Both the position numbers and the translations under genes were made by a program. 64,000 bases of DNA from Minisyncoccia bacterium. GTDB lineage: Bacteria > Patescibacteriota > Minisyncoccia > Phycocordibacterales > PALSA-1337. Under the pieces are notes generated by a model. It saw nothing but the letters and a program-made list of their open reading frames with translations, did no database searches and was not told the DNA's origin. Position 1 is the stretch's first letter, and each line of letters opens with the position of its first letter. Where the stretch lies: the NCBI GenBank assembly GCA_044228445.1, contig JBGAUV010000002.1:140600-204599 (forward strand). Reading direction: 5' to 3'. Below, one piece after another: positions 1 to 8,418 of the stretch.

Positions 1-112
1 CACGGCGTTGAACTGGTCTGAAGTCGTAAGAAGGGCTTACTTGGAGCAGAAAAGCGTACACAGGGGCGAACAGGTGGCAAGAAGGGGTAAGTTTGTTGCT
101 GGGTCGCTTCTC

Positions 113-934
113 TTATTTGAAATCACCACCACTTTCATTCTCAAATTCCTTTCTGTATTGCTTCCAGCCAACAAAGTTTCCTACACGCTCATTTTCACTA
201 AGCGCTTGGGCCACATGCTCGAAAGGACTCCAGTGTCCCGATGATGCCAATCGTTCGCAAAGTTTTACATCACTTTCAACATCAGATGGTTTTCCATCAA
301 ATAGGAAATAGCTAACTCGGGCAGAACGTGCCGCACTTATCTTTTTCTTGAGTTCCGCATCAAGTTTATTTTCTTCGCCCTTTACGAAAGGCAAATGCCA
401 TTCACCCACCTTAAGCTTATCTGGCTTGGTCGATTCGAATATATTTATGATCTGTTTTGCTACTACCTGAATCTCTGGTTGTGCCGCAGGGTTGTCACGA
501 AGTTTAAGAAAATTACCCCATTCGGTAGCAGTAAGAACGATCTCTGTCATGATCCAAGGCTCGATCAATCGATTCAGGATTTCTTTATGTAGACCAGCTT
601 TCTCACCAATGTAATGGAAGAAACAAGCCACATATCGGGACCAAAGCCACACACGTTTTATAACAAAAAGTCGGAATCCTGTGATGGCCTCACCTGATGC
701 CATGCCAGCTTTATTTTCCCCGAAATAAACTGGGATGAAAGGTGTCAGGAGTACACGTGCACGCATTTTCTTTGCAGGTACTGCACGGCTTGATGCTGCA
801 TTTCTTGAGAGTGATCGGTGACTATTGATGTGTGGTTGTATGAATTTTGGTACTTTCAAAACAAACGTTGCGATCTTTTTTCCAGTCGCTTCACATTCAG
901 AGAGTGCTATCAGTTTTGTAGTTATTTCATTCAT
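113..934 (-). CDS. ThyX-like (flavin-dependent thymidylate synthase family) protein, apparently circularly permuted
   Basis: N-terminal ~185 aa align to the C-terminal two-thirds of ThyX as I recall it: ATFVLKVPKFIQPHINSHRSLSRNAASSR ~ [31 protein letters not shown], and TATEWGNFLKLRDNPAAQPEIQVVAKQIINIF ~ [34 protein letters not shown]. C-terminal ~90 aa align to the ThyX N-terminus: ISAARSARVSY...SSGHWSPFEH ~ LSAVRAARVSF...KHGHETPFEH. ATGA start/stop overlap with the upstream gene at 931-934. Confidence 0.5.
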   Translation of the reverse strand: MNEITTKLIALSECEATGKKIATFVLKVPKFIQPHINSHRSLSRNAASSRAVPAKKMRARVLLTPFIPVYFGENKAGMASGEAITGFRLFVIKRVWLWSRYVACFFHYIGEKAGLHKEILNRLIEPWIMTEIVLTATEWGNFLKLRDNPAAQPEIQVVAKQIINIFESTKPDKLKVGEWHLPFVKGEENKLDAELKKKISAARSARVSYFLFDGKPSDVESDVKLCERLASSGHWSPFEHVAQALSENERVGNFVGWKQYRKEFENESGGDFK

Positions 935-2055
935 AACTTTTCAATGACATCAGTGACCATTTCTGGTACATCTACGAAGCCCGAGTCTTTGATGTTTGAA
1001 GTAGATGCATACAGGGCTGATCCATAAAGTAAGGCTATCGTTTTTTCTATTTCGATTGGCGTAGATTCATAGCGTTTACCCTTGAATGTGATTGGAAATC
1101 CGTTATTGATAAGAGTGATATTATTCCAACGAATATCGCCATGCACATTGTCGCTTGGTTGTGTGGCTCCATTTCTTAAAAAAGTTGCTGGAAATTCTCT
1201 GTCGGATGAGGACATGCTTATAAGATAGATGCCGCTTGTAATTTTCTTATCGAGTTTGGCGATTTGTTCTGGCGTTAGAATATTTTTTCCCGTAACTCCG
1301 ACGACAGTATTTATGCGATTTTTTACAATAAAATCGACAAGCTCTTTCTCTGAATGAAAAGCTGTATCATGTCCGGTTACAAAATATCCGGCTTCTTGAA
1401 GAATAAGCATGGTATTGTTGCCCATTGGTCCGAGTCCAACTACTAAAATGCGCGGTTCAGTTACATTGTATTTGCGTATTACGTCTTCGATGCGATCGCA
1501 GCCGAGGCGTGCAATAAGTGGGCTTTCTTTATCCAATTTTATTTTAGAACGAGCAACATTGATGATTGGGAAAGATATCGACTTATTCTCAAGTTTGCGA
1601 AAACCAGATGATGTCTGTTCAATACCGACAATTTTTACTGAAATTGGCAGTTTATCTTTACGCTCGTTGAAGATATTTAACAATTCAGCTCCGTCATCAA
1701 TAATAATTACTGTGCTGGTGTCACTCAGTTTTCCTATAAGCTTTGAAAACAAATCTTCACAATTTTCTCTGTGCTGGTCATCAAAGGAGATATTGGGATC
1801 GAATGCTGGTTGCTCTGCGTCGAACCCAGAATCTTGTAATTCTTTTAGTACTTCGGTATTGGTGGAATAGATTTTGCCAATAGTATGAATGTTTTCCTTA
1901 GGTATGCCGAAGTCGGAAAGGAGGGCGAACATTTTCTCTTGTGGCTCCATGAGGTGTTGACATGCGCAAATATGCACATCTTTCAGTGACTCGTTTTGTT
2001 TTGGGAAAGCATCGGTAATGGCTTTCAAAAGTGGATAATTGTAGGAGTCTTTCAT
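931..2055 (-). CDS. S-adenosyl-L-homocysteine hydrolase-like NAD(P)-binding Rossmann protein
   Basis: IVGIEQTSSGFRKL resembles the SAHH GVSEETTTGVHRL motif. NVARSKIKLDKESPLIARLGCDRIEDVIRKYNV..ILVVGLGPMG resembles SAHH [45 protein letters not shown]. GxGxxG dinucleotide fold. 4-nt overlap coupling to the ThyX-like gene. Confidence 0.45.
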   Translation of the reverse strand: MKDSYNYPLLKAITDAFPKQNESLKDVHICACQHLMEPQEKMFALLSDFGIPKENIHTIGKIYSTNTEVLKELQDSGFDAEQPAFDPNISFDDQHRENCEDLFSKLIGKLSDTSTVIIIDDGAELLNIFNERKDKLPISVKIVGIEQTSSGFRKLENKSISFPIINVARSKIKLDKESPLIARLGCDRIEDVIRKYNVTEPRILVVGLGPMGNNTMLILQEAGYFVTGHDTAFHSEKELVDFIVKNRINTVVGVTGKNILTPEQIAKLDKKITSGIYLISMSSSDREFPATFLRNGATQPSDNVHGDIRWNNITLINNGFPITFKGKRYESTPIEIEKTIALLYGSALYASTSNIKDSGFVDVPEMVTDVIEKL

Positions 2056-2203
2056 TTTTTAATGATATCACGGGGACGGATCAAATCCTTAATTTAAGCC
2101 CTTAGATAATAACATAAGTAGTTGACTTTGTAAAGTTTTTGTGCTAGTTTAACCTCAGTAATTTCCGAACGAAAAAACACTCAAAAAACGAAAGGACTTT
2201 GTC

Positions 2204-4066
2204 ATGAAAAAACAATACTGGCTGATTCCGCTTCTCCTGGTGGCATTCATCAGGGCGGAAATGGTCGTAACTCCCGCATGGGACAGTTACGGCAAACCGG
2301 AAATGATCACCTACAACGCCTCACGGCGTGTGTATGTTGATCGGACCAACCGGATGGAAAACTGGGCGATCGCATACCGCAACACCAGCGCAGAAACACA
2401 GAAAATCTACGAGGACTTGAAAAAGCCTTTGGAGATTCCGGCCAAGCGCAAGCTCGTTTTGAAGCTCCGGACAGATTTGTTCTGTGAACAAAGGAACTAC
2501 ACATGCGCAGGCATGATGTTCCTCTCGAAGCATTCTCAAAGACGGCGACTCGTTCTGATCAACGTCGAACGGAAAGCTGACTACGAGGCACAGTATCGGG
2601 TCTGGCCGCATCTTGGCATTCTCTCTGTCGGCACTGCTGCACATGAAGAAGGCTGGGAAGTTGTGCTCTGGGACGAACTTGTCCAAGGACATGCTCCTCT
2701 TGATAAGTTAATTCAGGAGGATGACATTGTCGGATTAAGTCTCATTGTCTCGGGCATTGAACGCGGCATCGATCTTGCTCATGAAGCCAAGGAACGTGGG
2801 GCTCGGTATGTCATCGCTGGAAACGATTCAGCAATCTTCCGAGCAAACCAACTCCTTCGGCTTCCCGACAAACCGATTGACGCGGTCTTCACTTCGAACA
2901 GCCTGAATGCGGTCCGTCGCTTCTTCCGAGAAATCAACAACACGGGCATTGAAGGTATCCGCATTGCCGACGTACAAACTACGCCGGATGTGCAGAATAA
3001 GTCCAATGAACGGAGTCAGTTACTCGTTGAGATGGGCGATCGCAAACAGCTCAAGGATAGAGGAAGGTTCGAATCGGATGATGTCTTCATTGTCCCGAAG
3101 CTCGATCTTTTCCCTGAATCCTACTGGCAGGAGGTCTGGACTAACTATCGGTCGCAGTTCGGGAAGAAACACTCGAACCCAACGACTGTAAAAAATGGTC
3201 TGGCGCTTCTCGCTCAGGGCTGCACCAGGACTCGAGGAATTGATGTGTGCAGGTATTGCAGCATCTACGGCGTTGGAGACCTTCGTTTCCCATACCGCAA
3301 ATACGTTGTGGACCTTGCTGAGACCCTGAAAAGTTTCGGCATCGATATGGTCTTCAATGCAACCGACTCGGCCTTCGAAATGCGTCCTGTAGTTCAATCC
3401 TTGATCGAGGAGAATATCCGCTTCAACGGCTTGGAAATATATGTACGAGCTCAAGGCATCGCTCGAGCTCCGCAGTTGCTCGAAGAATGGATGTCGGTCG
3501 TCAAAGACCGCTTCATTGTCAATTGCGGTATGGACTCCGGTGACGATACTTCGCTCAAGCAAGGCATTGTGAAGTCATCGGTTCGTGGAGGTTCGCGTTT
3601 CGGTGAGAATCGAGAAGCAGTCCTTAACCTCAAGAAAAGTGGGGCACATCTTCACTACTCGCTCATCTTCGGTTCGCCTGGAGAGACGAGGGATACATGC
3701 GAAAGAAGTATGGAGTTTCTTGAGTGGACGATCGATACCTTGGGGAATCAGTTGGATATCTGCGAAACAGATTACTTCTGGCTGAACTTCGGTTCACCGG
3801 CCGCGCAAGTCTTCCACGACTATTCCTACGCACAAGAGCTTGCTGCCATGGCTCAGAAGTCAATCTCAAGGGAGGAATGGGAAATCAACTTTGCAAGTGT
3901 CGCCGATGCACTATCTGTGCCTGACGATACGGAAAAAGCATGGTACCGATTCTTCACGAGGATTGATTACGATACTGCAACGGAATACAACGAACGAGCC
4001 AGGTTGCGAATGGAGAAGGTCACCGGTAGCATTCGTGGCCGAGCGTTCCTTCCGCCGGTAAGTTGA
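2204..4066 (+). CDS. radical SAM superfamily-like protein with N-terminal Rossmann/B12-binding-like region (non-canonical cluster motif)
   Basis: GCTRTRGIDVCRYCS gives a Cx8Cx2C triad where rSAM has CxxxCxxC. HYSLIFGSPGET matches the rSAM GxIxGxPGET-like motif. The upstream region LGILSVGTAAHEEGWEVVLWDE is Rossmann-like. RBS gaaagga lies 8 nt upstream. ~50% G+C by my count of a 200-nt sample. Confidence 0.4.
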   Translation: MKKQYWLIPLLLVAFIRAEMVVTPAWDSYGKPEMITYNASRRVYVDRTNRMENWAIAYRNTSAETQKIYEDLKKPLEIPAKRKLVLKLRTDLFCEQRNYTCAGMMFLSKHSQRRRLVLINVERKADYEAQYRVWPHLGILSVGTAAHEEGWEVVLWDELVQGHAPLDKLIQEDDIVGLSLIVSGIERGIDLAHEAKERGARYVIAGNDSAIFRANQLLRLPDKPIDAVFTSNSLNAVRRFFREINNTGIEGIRIADVQTTPDVQNKSNERSQLLVEMGDRKQLKDRGRFESDDVFIVPKLDLFPESYWQEVWTNYRSQFGKKHSNPTTVKNGLALLAQGCTRTRGIDVCRYCSIYGVGDLRFPYRKYVVDLAETLKSFGIDMVFNATDSAFEMRPVVQSLIEENIRFNGLEIYVRAQGIARAPQLLEEWMSVVKDRFIVNCGMDSGDDTSLKQGIVKSSVRGGSRFGENREAVLNLKKSGAHLHYSLIFGSPGETRDTCERSMEFLEWTIDTLGNQLDICETDYFWLNFGSPAAQVFHDYSYAQELAAMAQKSISREEWEINFASVADALSVPDDTEKAWYRFFTRIDYDTATEYNERARLRMEKVTGSIRGRAFLPPVS

Positions 4067-4083
4067 AGTTCTTTGATCACAAG

Positions 4084-4116
4084 GCCCTCTGGTTCACTCC
4101 GGAGGGTCTTTTTTCG
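4084..4116 (+). terminator. intrinsic terminator after the rSAM-like gene
   Basis: Hairpin CCCTCTGG-N6-CCGGAGGG (one G-U pair) followed by TCTTTTTT. Confidence 0.6.
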
Positions 4117-4133
4117 TGATAAAATGTAAAAAC

Positions 4134-4793
4134 ATGAAAGAAAAAGCCATTGAAATACTGACACAAGTCCAAAAAGATAACCCGTTCATTAAGTCTATTT
4201 ACCTCTGGGGATCGATTACGACAGACGAATATACTGAAGGAAAAAGTGATATAGATGCTATAGCTTTTGTTGAGGAAAACACAGATTCTTCTGCAAGAGA
4301 CAGGATCAATGAAGTTCTTAGTAAAGAAATTTCTAGTCTCAAGATTAATTTTCTTTATGAATCAGAGCTGAATGATGGTCCATCAAAAGGCGGTCTTACG
4401 AAAGTCATACATCCTGCAGTAATTCTTTATGATTTTCCTGCATGGATTTATATAGATGGTGCTCAGTATAGAAAAGAAGATTTTAGTTCAGGTAGAACCT
4501 CATTAGATGAAGTTATAGGTATTTTAACAAACACGATTAAGGACAGGTTCCTACCTATTCCAAACGAGCAGGATTGTGTTTATTTTGTAAAAGCAGTAGC
4601 AAAACTTTTATATTTCAAAAATCAGAGAAGCTTACCATTCAAAGCATTTCGGTATGCTGACTTGATCGTTGATTCTAATGTGGAGGACAAAGATATTGCA
4701 GTTATTATTAGTGAGCTAAAGAAATCAAGTTGGAATCGACAGTTAATAGCTGAAAAAGCACCAGAAATTATTTCTTTTGTTAACCGTCTATAG
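4134..4793 (+). CDS. Pol-beta superfamily nucleotidyltransferase, ANT/AadA/Lnu-like
   Basis: YLWGSITTDEYTEGKSDIDAIAFV matches the GS...[DE]hDhhhhV nucleotidyltransferase signature (compare AadA HLYGSAVDGGLKPHSDIDLLVTV). The track start at 4116 is GTG; ATG at 4134 (MKEKAIEIL) is more likely. Confidence 0.55.
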   Translation: MKEKAIEILTQVQKDNPFIKSIYLWGSITTDEYTEGKSDIDAIAFVEENTDSSARDRINEVLSKEISSLKINFLYESELNDGPSKGGLTKVIHPAVILYDFPAWIYIDGAQYRKEDFSSGRTSLDEVIGILTNTIKDRFLPIPNEQDCVYFVKAVAKLLYFKNQRSLPFKAFRYADLIVDSNVEDKDIAVIISELKKSSWNRQLIAEKAPEIISFVNRL

Positions 4794-4865
4794 ATTTTGA
4801 ATTTGGTAACTTATGGAGTATACTAGGGGTGTTAAAGAGATAGAGGTGGTCCCTTTCTGTAACCT

Positions 4866-5066
4866 ATGAATATGAAAGACAAATTTTTCAAATTTTACGC
4901 CAATCTTCCTATGAATCTTCGTAAGGAGATTGTTTTAGATTTGGGTGCAGACCAAGGTGGTCCTATCACTTGGGAAGTGGCCTATAGAGAAATAGATGCT
5001 GATACAGATTTGGGTAAAAAGATACTTGAAAAATTAATCGAGCTTAAATTCATTCCTACTGAATAA
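4866..5066 (+). CDS. small hypothetical protein (66 aa), paralog of the next ORF
   Basis: RBS agaggtgg upstream. Shares a GKK(I/L)LE/IE..L C-terminal motif and overall pattern with ORF 5070-5306. Confidence 0.4.
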   Translation: MNMKDKFFKFYANLPMNLRKEIVLDLGADQGGPITWEVAYREIDADTDLGKKILEKLIELKFIPTE

Positions 5067-5069
5067 ATT

Positions 5070-5306
5070 ATGAATCAAAATGTAACAAACAATCCAGTAG
5101 AATTAAACCAGGATATCATCAACTTGGTTATTGCTCGTTTGAAGACTATTCCCTCAAACGCAACCCTTTCTGTTGGTAGTGATAAAGAACCGATGTCAGC
5201 AGAAGTTCTTATTGAGGAAGTAAAGAAACAAACTGAAATTGGTAAGAAGCTTATTGAATCACAACTCTTTTTCTTGCGCTCTCTGCAGGATTTACCTGTA
5301 GCCTAA
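5070..5306 (+). CDS. small hypothetical protein (78 aa), paralog of the previous ORF
   Basis: Starts 4 nt after the previous stop. EIGKKLIESQLF resembles DLGKKILEKLIEL of the neighbour. Confidence 0.4.
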   Translation: MNQNVTNNPVELNQDIINLVIARLKTIPSNATLSVGSDKEPMSAEVLIEEVKKQTEIGKKLIESQLFFLRSLQDLPVA

Positions 5307-5314
5307 TATGATTT

Positions 5315-5938
5315 ATGTCACTTCTTATCACTCGCCCAAAATATGAATTGGTCACTCACTATTTCTACCATTGGAGTGAGGAAATTGTAAAAGAAGCTAA
5401 GAAAAGGATATCGAGCGTTATTGATCTTCAAAAAGAGAAGGCTTCTCGAAAACTTGTCGATAGTTATCTTGAGAAACAAAAGCCGGAGATAGCTATTTTC
5501 AATGGTCATGGCAATGATGTATGTATCACAGGACACAATCAAGAGGTCCTTATTGAGTCTGGTAAAAACTCTCACTTACTTAAGGACAAAGTTGTATATA
5601 TGCGCTCATGTGACTCTGGCAAGACGCTCGGACCACAGGCTATAAAAGAGGGCTGTAAGGCATTTATCGGTTATCGAGAACCTTTTAATATTTGGACAGA
5701 CAGAACGTCAGTCAATGAGCCTTTGAAAGATACATACGCTAAACCTTTCTTTGAAACTTCAAACGAAGTGCCACTTTCTCTAATCAAGGGCAAGACTGCC
5801 CGGGAAGCTCATAATGAAAGCATGACTGCATACCGTAAAGTTATCTCTCATCTGCTTACAAGCAATGCTGAAAACTCATTCGTAGTATCTGACCTTATTT
5901 GGAATATGCATAACCAGGTGTGTTTGGAGAAAAATTAG
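5315..5938 (+). CDS. hypothetical protein with His-Gly...Cys dyad reminiscent of clan CD (caspase-like) peptidases
   Basis: IAIFNGHGND and VVYMRSCDSG: each candidate catalytic residue follows a hydrophobic strand, His then Cys, ~35 aa apart. Assignment is tentative. Confidence 0.25.
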   Translation: MSLLITRPKYELVTHYFYHWSEEIVKEAKKRISSVIDLQKEKASRKLVDSYLEKQKPEIAIFNGHGNDVCITGHNQEVLIESGKNSHLLKDKVVYMRSCDSGKTLGPQAIKEGCKAFIGYREPFNIWTDRTSVNEPLKDTYAKPFFETSNEVPLSLIKGKTAREAHNESMTAYRKVISHLLTSNAENSFVVSDLIWNMHNQVCLEKN

Positions 5939-6432
5939 TGATGCATACATTTCTTAAAAAAGATTCATTGGATAGTTGGAATACATTGCCGCCGGTGCCA
6001 ACTGAAAAAATTATAAATGTAAATTGTCACAAATTTGTCTTATGCGAGTTAGGAAAAATTACTTGGGACAATATGGTCTCTGAGAGTAGGGACGAAGATT
6101 TCACTTTTGGTGAGAAAATTCGAGGTATATCAGATCTTTCTTATAGGCATATAACCACTCTCGAATCATTACTGTCACTTGCTGGTGAGGTGTGTAACGT
6201 CGGCAAGATTTACATTGGTCAAATCCGAGACTCGCAAACGGGAGAGATGGCACATTCATTTATTGTTGATGTGCAGCAGAATAATCATTATGTGTGCTTT
6301 GATAAGCCGGGGTTTAAATATCCCTTTCAAGTCAGCAATCTTGAGGAAATCTGGGGCTTCGTCAATAAAGATGGTGAGAGGTCAAATCAAAATCAAGAAT
6401 GGAGATTTATACCAATCGAGGAAGTGAGGTGA
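5920..6432 (+). CDS. hypothetical protein (170 aa)
   Basis: ORF overlapping the previous gene by 19 nt. No recognisable motif. Confidence 0.4.
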   Translation: MFGEKLVMHTFLKKDSLDSWNTLPPVPTEKIINVNCHKFVLCELGKITWDNMVSESRDEDFTFGEKIRGISDLSYRHITTLESLLSLAGEVCNVGKIYIGQIRDSQTGEMAHSFIVDVQQNNHYVCFDKPGFKYPFQVSNLEEIWGFVNKDGERSNQNQEWRFIPIEEVR

Positions 6433-6556
6433 ATATTGCGAACATTGTGCACTTTATCGGGTAAGCACGGCACTTAGGGATTGCAGAGCAAATTTAGTAT
6501 AATCCTTAACACCCGCCAGTTCTGAAAGCCAAGTTGAGGGGTCATGCAATAAAAAC

Positions 6557-6590
6557 AAAGGGCATCTATGATGCCTTTTGTTTTTGTTGC
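6557..6590 (+). terminator. intrinsic terminator
   Basis: AAAGGGCATC-TAT-GATGCCTTTT followed by TGTTTTTGTT. Confidence 0.55.
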
Positions 6591-6885
6591 ATATGATTCT
6601 ACTGGAGATGAGAAGGCCGGACTGAGCGAAGGCGAAGGAGGCGGGGTCGACAGCCGAGCTAGCAGGCGAGGACTAGTGACCGATTCCCTGCAGGGTCACG
6701 ATTGACTTTTATAAAAAGTATGCTATTATTTTAATGCTAGTTCTTTGATTATTTGTCATAGCTGAAAGTGACTTAATTTGTAGGTAATTTTCGGCTATGA
6801 CAAAACCGTGATTGCGGCAATGTCATCTTGTACAAAAAATGGTATTCCTTTCAAGGATACGCCAACAAAGTGAAAGACTAAACCA

Positions 6886-7638
6886 ATGAATGGTACAGCT
6901 GATAAGGTGGAAATTGAAGAAGTTGATCTGTGTGATGATGGAAGGAGCTTGCCAGGGACAGAGTTGTCCTTAGCACACTCACTTTTCTGTGCACTGCGAG
7001 ACGAAGGTTTTGATGAAAGTGACATTGGTAAGCTTGTAAAAGCAAAGCCTGAGTTGCTCGGGTATATCCTCGGATTTCTACGAGGAGAAGTTCAACTTCA
7101 CGATATTCCTTGCGAACTTGTAAACCTGGACAAACATCCTGGTATTAAGCGTGACAAGAAAAAGAAAATCAACTTGTTCAGGGATCTCAGATTGGGTACA
7201 TGGCTCACGGATTGGTCTGACGGGATAAAAATCGCTGGCAAGTATGTTGACATTGTTCGCCCGAGGGGATTAGGTCTGCAGAGCCGTGGCTTTTTTACCC
7301 GAAGTACACTCAATCCTGAAAAAAACAGGGATGAGTATTGTATCGACCTAAATGCGCAGGCGGCAAAGTGGTTCTATGAGAATCACAAAGACGCAACCCG
7401 TAACTTCTTTGAGTGTGTAGGTCGTATAGCGAAATCCGACGAATGGAATGATGATAAAATCTTCTTTTTGGGAACACTTTGGTCAGTGGATGGAGTAGCT
7501 CATGCCATGGCTTTGGTATCGGATAGTGAAGGTTATATTTACTGTCGACTCGAGCCACTTCCAAGTGGTGATTGGCCAGAGAACTGCTATATTGCTGTTC
7601 TGGTTGATAACCTAGAAGTGCTTAAGAGTTACAAGTAG
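6886..7638 (+). CDS. hypothetical protein (250 aa), GC-rich ORFan
   Basis: Long ORF with no recognisable motif. G+C clearly above backbone. Confidence 0.4.
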   Translation: MNGTADKVEIEEVDLCDDGRSLPGTELSLAHSLFCALRDEGFDESDIGKLVKAKPELLGYILGFLRGEVQLHDIPCELVNLDKHPGIKRDKKKKINLFRDLRLGTWLTDWSDGIKIAGKYVDIVRPRGLGLQSRGFFTRSTLNPEKNRDEYCIDLNAQAAKWFYENHKDATRNFFECVGRIAKSDEWNDDKIFFLGTLWSVDGVAHAMALVSDSEGYIYCRLEPLPSGDWPENCYIAVLVDNLEVLKSYK

Positions 7639-7674
7639 CGCTTCATAAGTTGAAGAACTTATTAAAATCTTCAA

Positions 7675-7702
7675 GCCACACCCCGATAGGTGTGGCTTTT
7701 AT
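7675..7702 (+). terminator. intrinsic terminator
   Basis: GCCACACC-CCGATA-GGTGTGGC followed by TTTTATC. A second small hairpin ATAAGTT-GAAG-AACTTAT sits at 7644-7662. Confidence 0.55.
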
Positions 7703-7774
7703 CATATTTAATTTTGCTATAAACAAAGACAATAATTTTTATTTATGCTAAATTAATTTAATACATAAACTAAC

Positions 7775-8374
7775 ATGCCCCAAAAACCCATTATAGCCAT
7801 TGATATTGATGATGTTCTTGCAGAAAATGCTCGTGGTTTTGTGGAATGGAGTAATAAAAGGTTTGATACTAGTTTAACTCCTGATGATTATAATGAACAT
7901 TGGTCTGAAATGTGGAAGATTGACAATGAAGAATTAGAAAAAAGAGCACATGAATTTCGTAACTCAGATCATGTTAGTGCATACAGTGCAATTCCGGGAG
8001 CTAAACAAGCTTTAGAAATACTTAAGACTAAATTCACACTTATTCTTATCACAAGTCGTGTGGCTACAATGAAAAATTTAACAAAAGAATGGATTGAAAA
8101 AAATTATCCAAATATCTTTAGTGACTATATCTTTTGTGGTTTTTATGATGGTCCTGTGTCCAGTGGTTTAAAATTAACAAAAGCAGAATTTGCAAAAGAT
8201 ATAAAAGCTGATTATTTAATAGATGATCAAGTTAAGCATGTGGAAGCATGTTCAAATCTAGGAATTAAATCATTATTATTTGGTAATTATTCTTGGAATA
8301 AGGATGTAAAGCTAAATAATAATATAACTAGGGTAAGTGATTGGGGAGAGGTGTTGAGATATTTTAATTTATAA
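7775..8374 (+). CDS. HAD-superfamily 5'(3')-deoxyribonucleotidase-like phosphatase
   Basis: N-terminal IAIDIDDVLA (DxDxV HAD motif I, like NT5C DMDGVLAD). ~200 aa. Confidence 0.55.
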   Translation: MPQKPIIAIDIDDVLAENARGFVEWSNKRFDTSLTPDDYNEHWSEMWKIDNEELEKRAHEFRNSDHVSAYSAIPGAKQALEILKTKFTLILITSRVATMKNLTKEWIEKNYPNIFSDYIFCGFYDGPVSSGLKLTKAEFAKDIKADYLIDDQVKHVEACSNLGIKSLLFGNYSWNKDVKLNNNITRVSDWGEVLRYFNL

Positions 8375-8382
8375 AACAAAAC

Positions 8383-8414
8383 TCGCGTAGAAGCCGAAGC
8401 ATTCTACGCGAGGG
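8383..8414. terminator. hairpin between convergent genes (mainly a minus-strand terminator)
   Basis: CTCGCGTAGAA-N9-TTCTACGCGAG. A- and T-rich run (AAAACAAAA on the plus strand) lies immediately 5' of the hairpin, giving a U-run in the minus orientation. Confidence 0.5.
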
Positions 8415-8418
8415 TTGG

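Noticed and set aside
8-311. Plus-strand ORFs 8-244 and 93-311
   Set aside because: Fully antisense to the ThyX-like gene, which has clear homology; they look like shadow ORFs.
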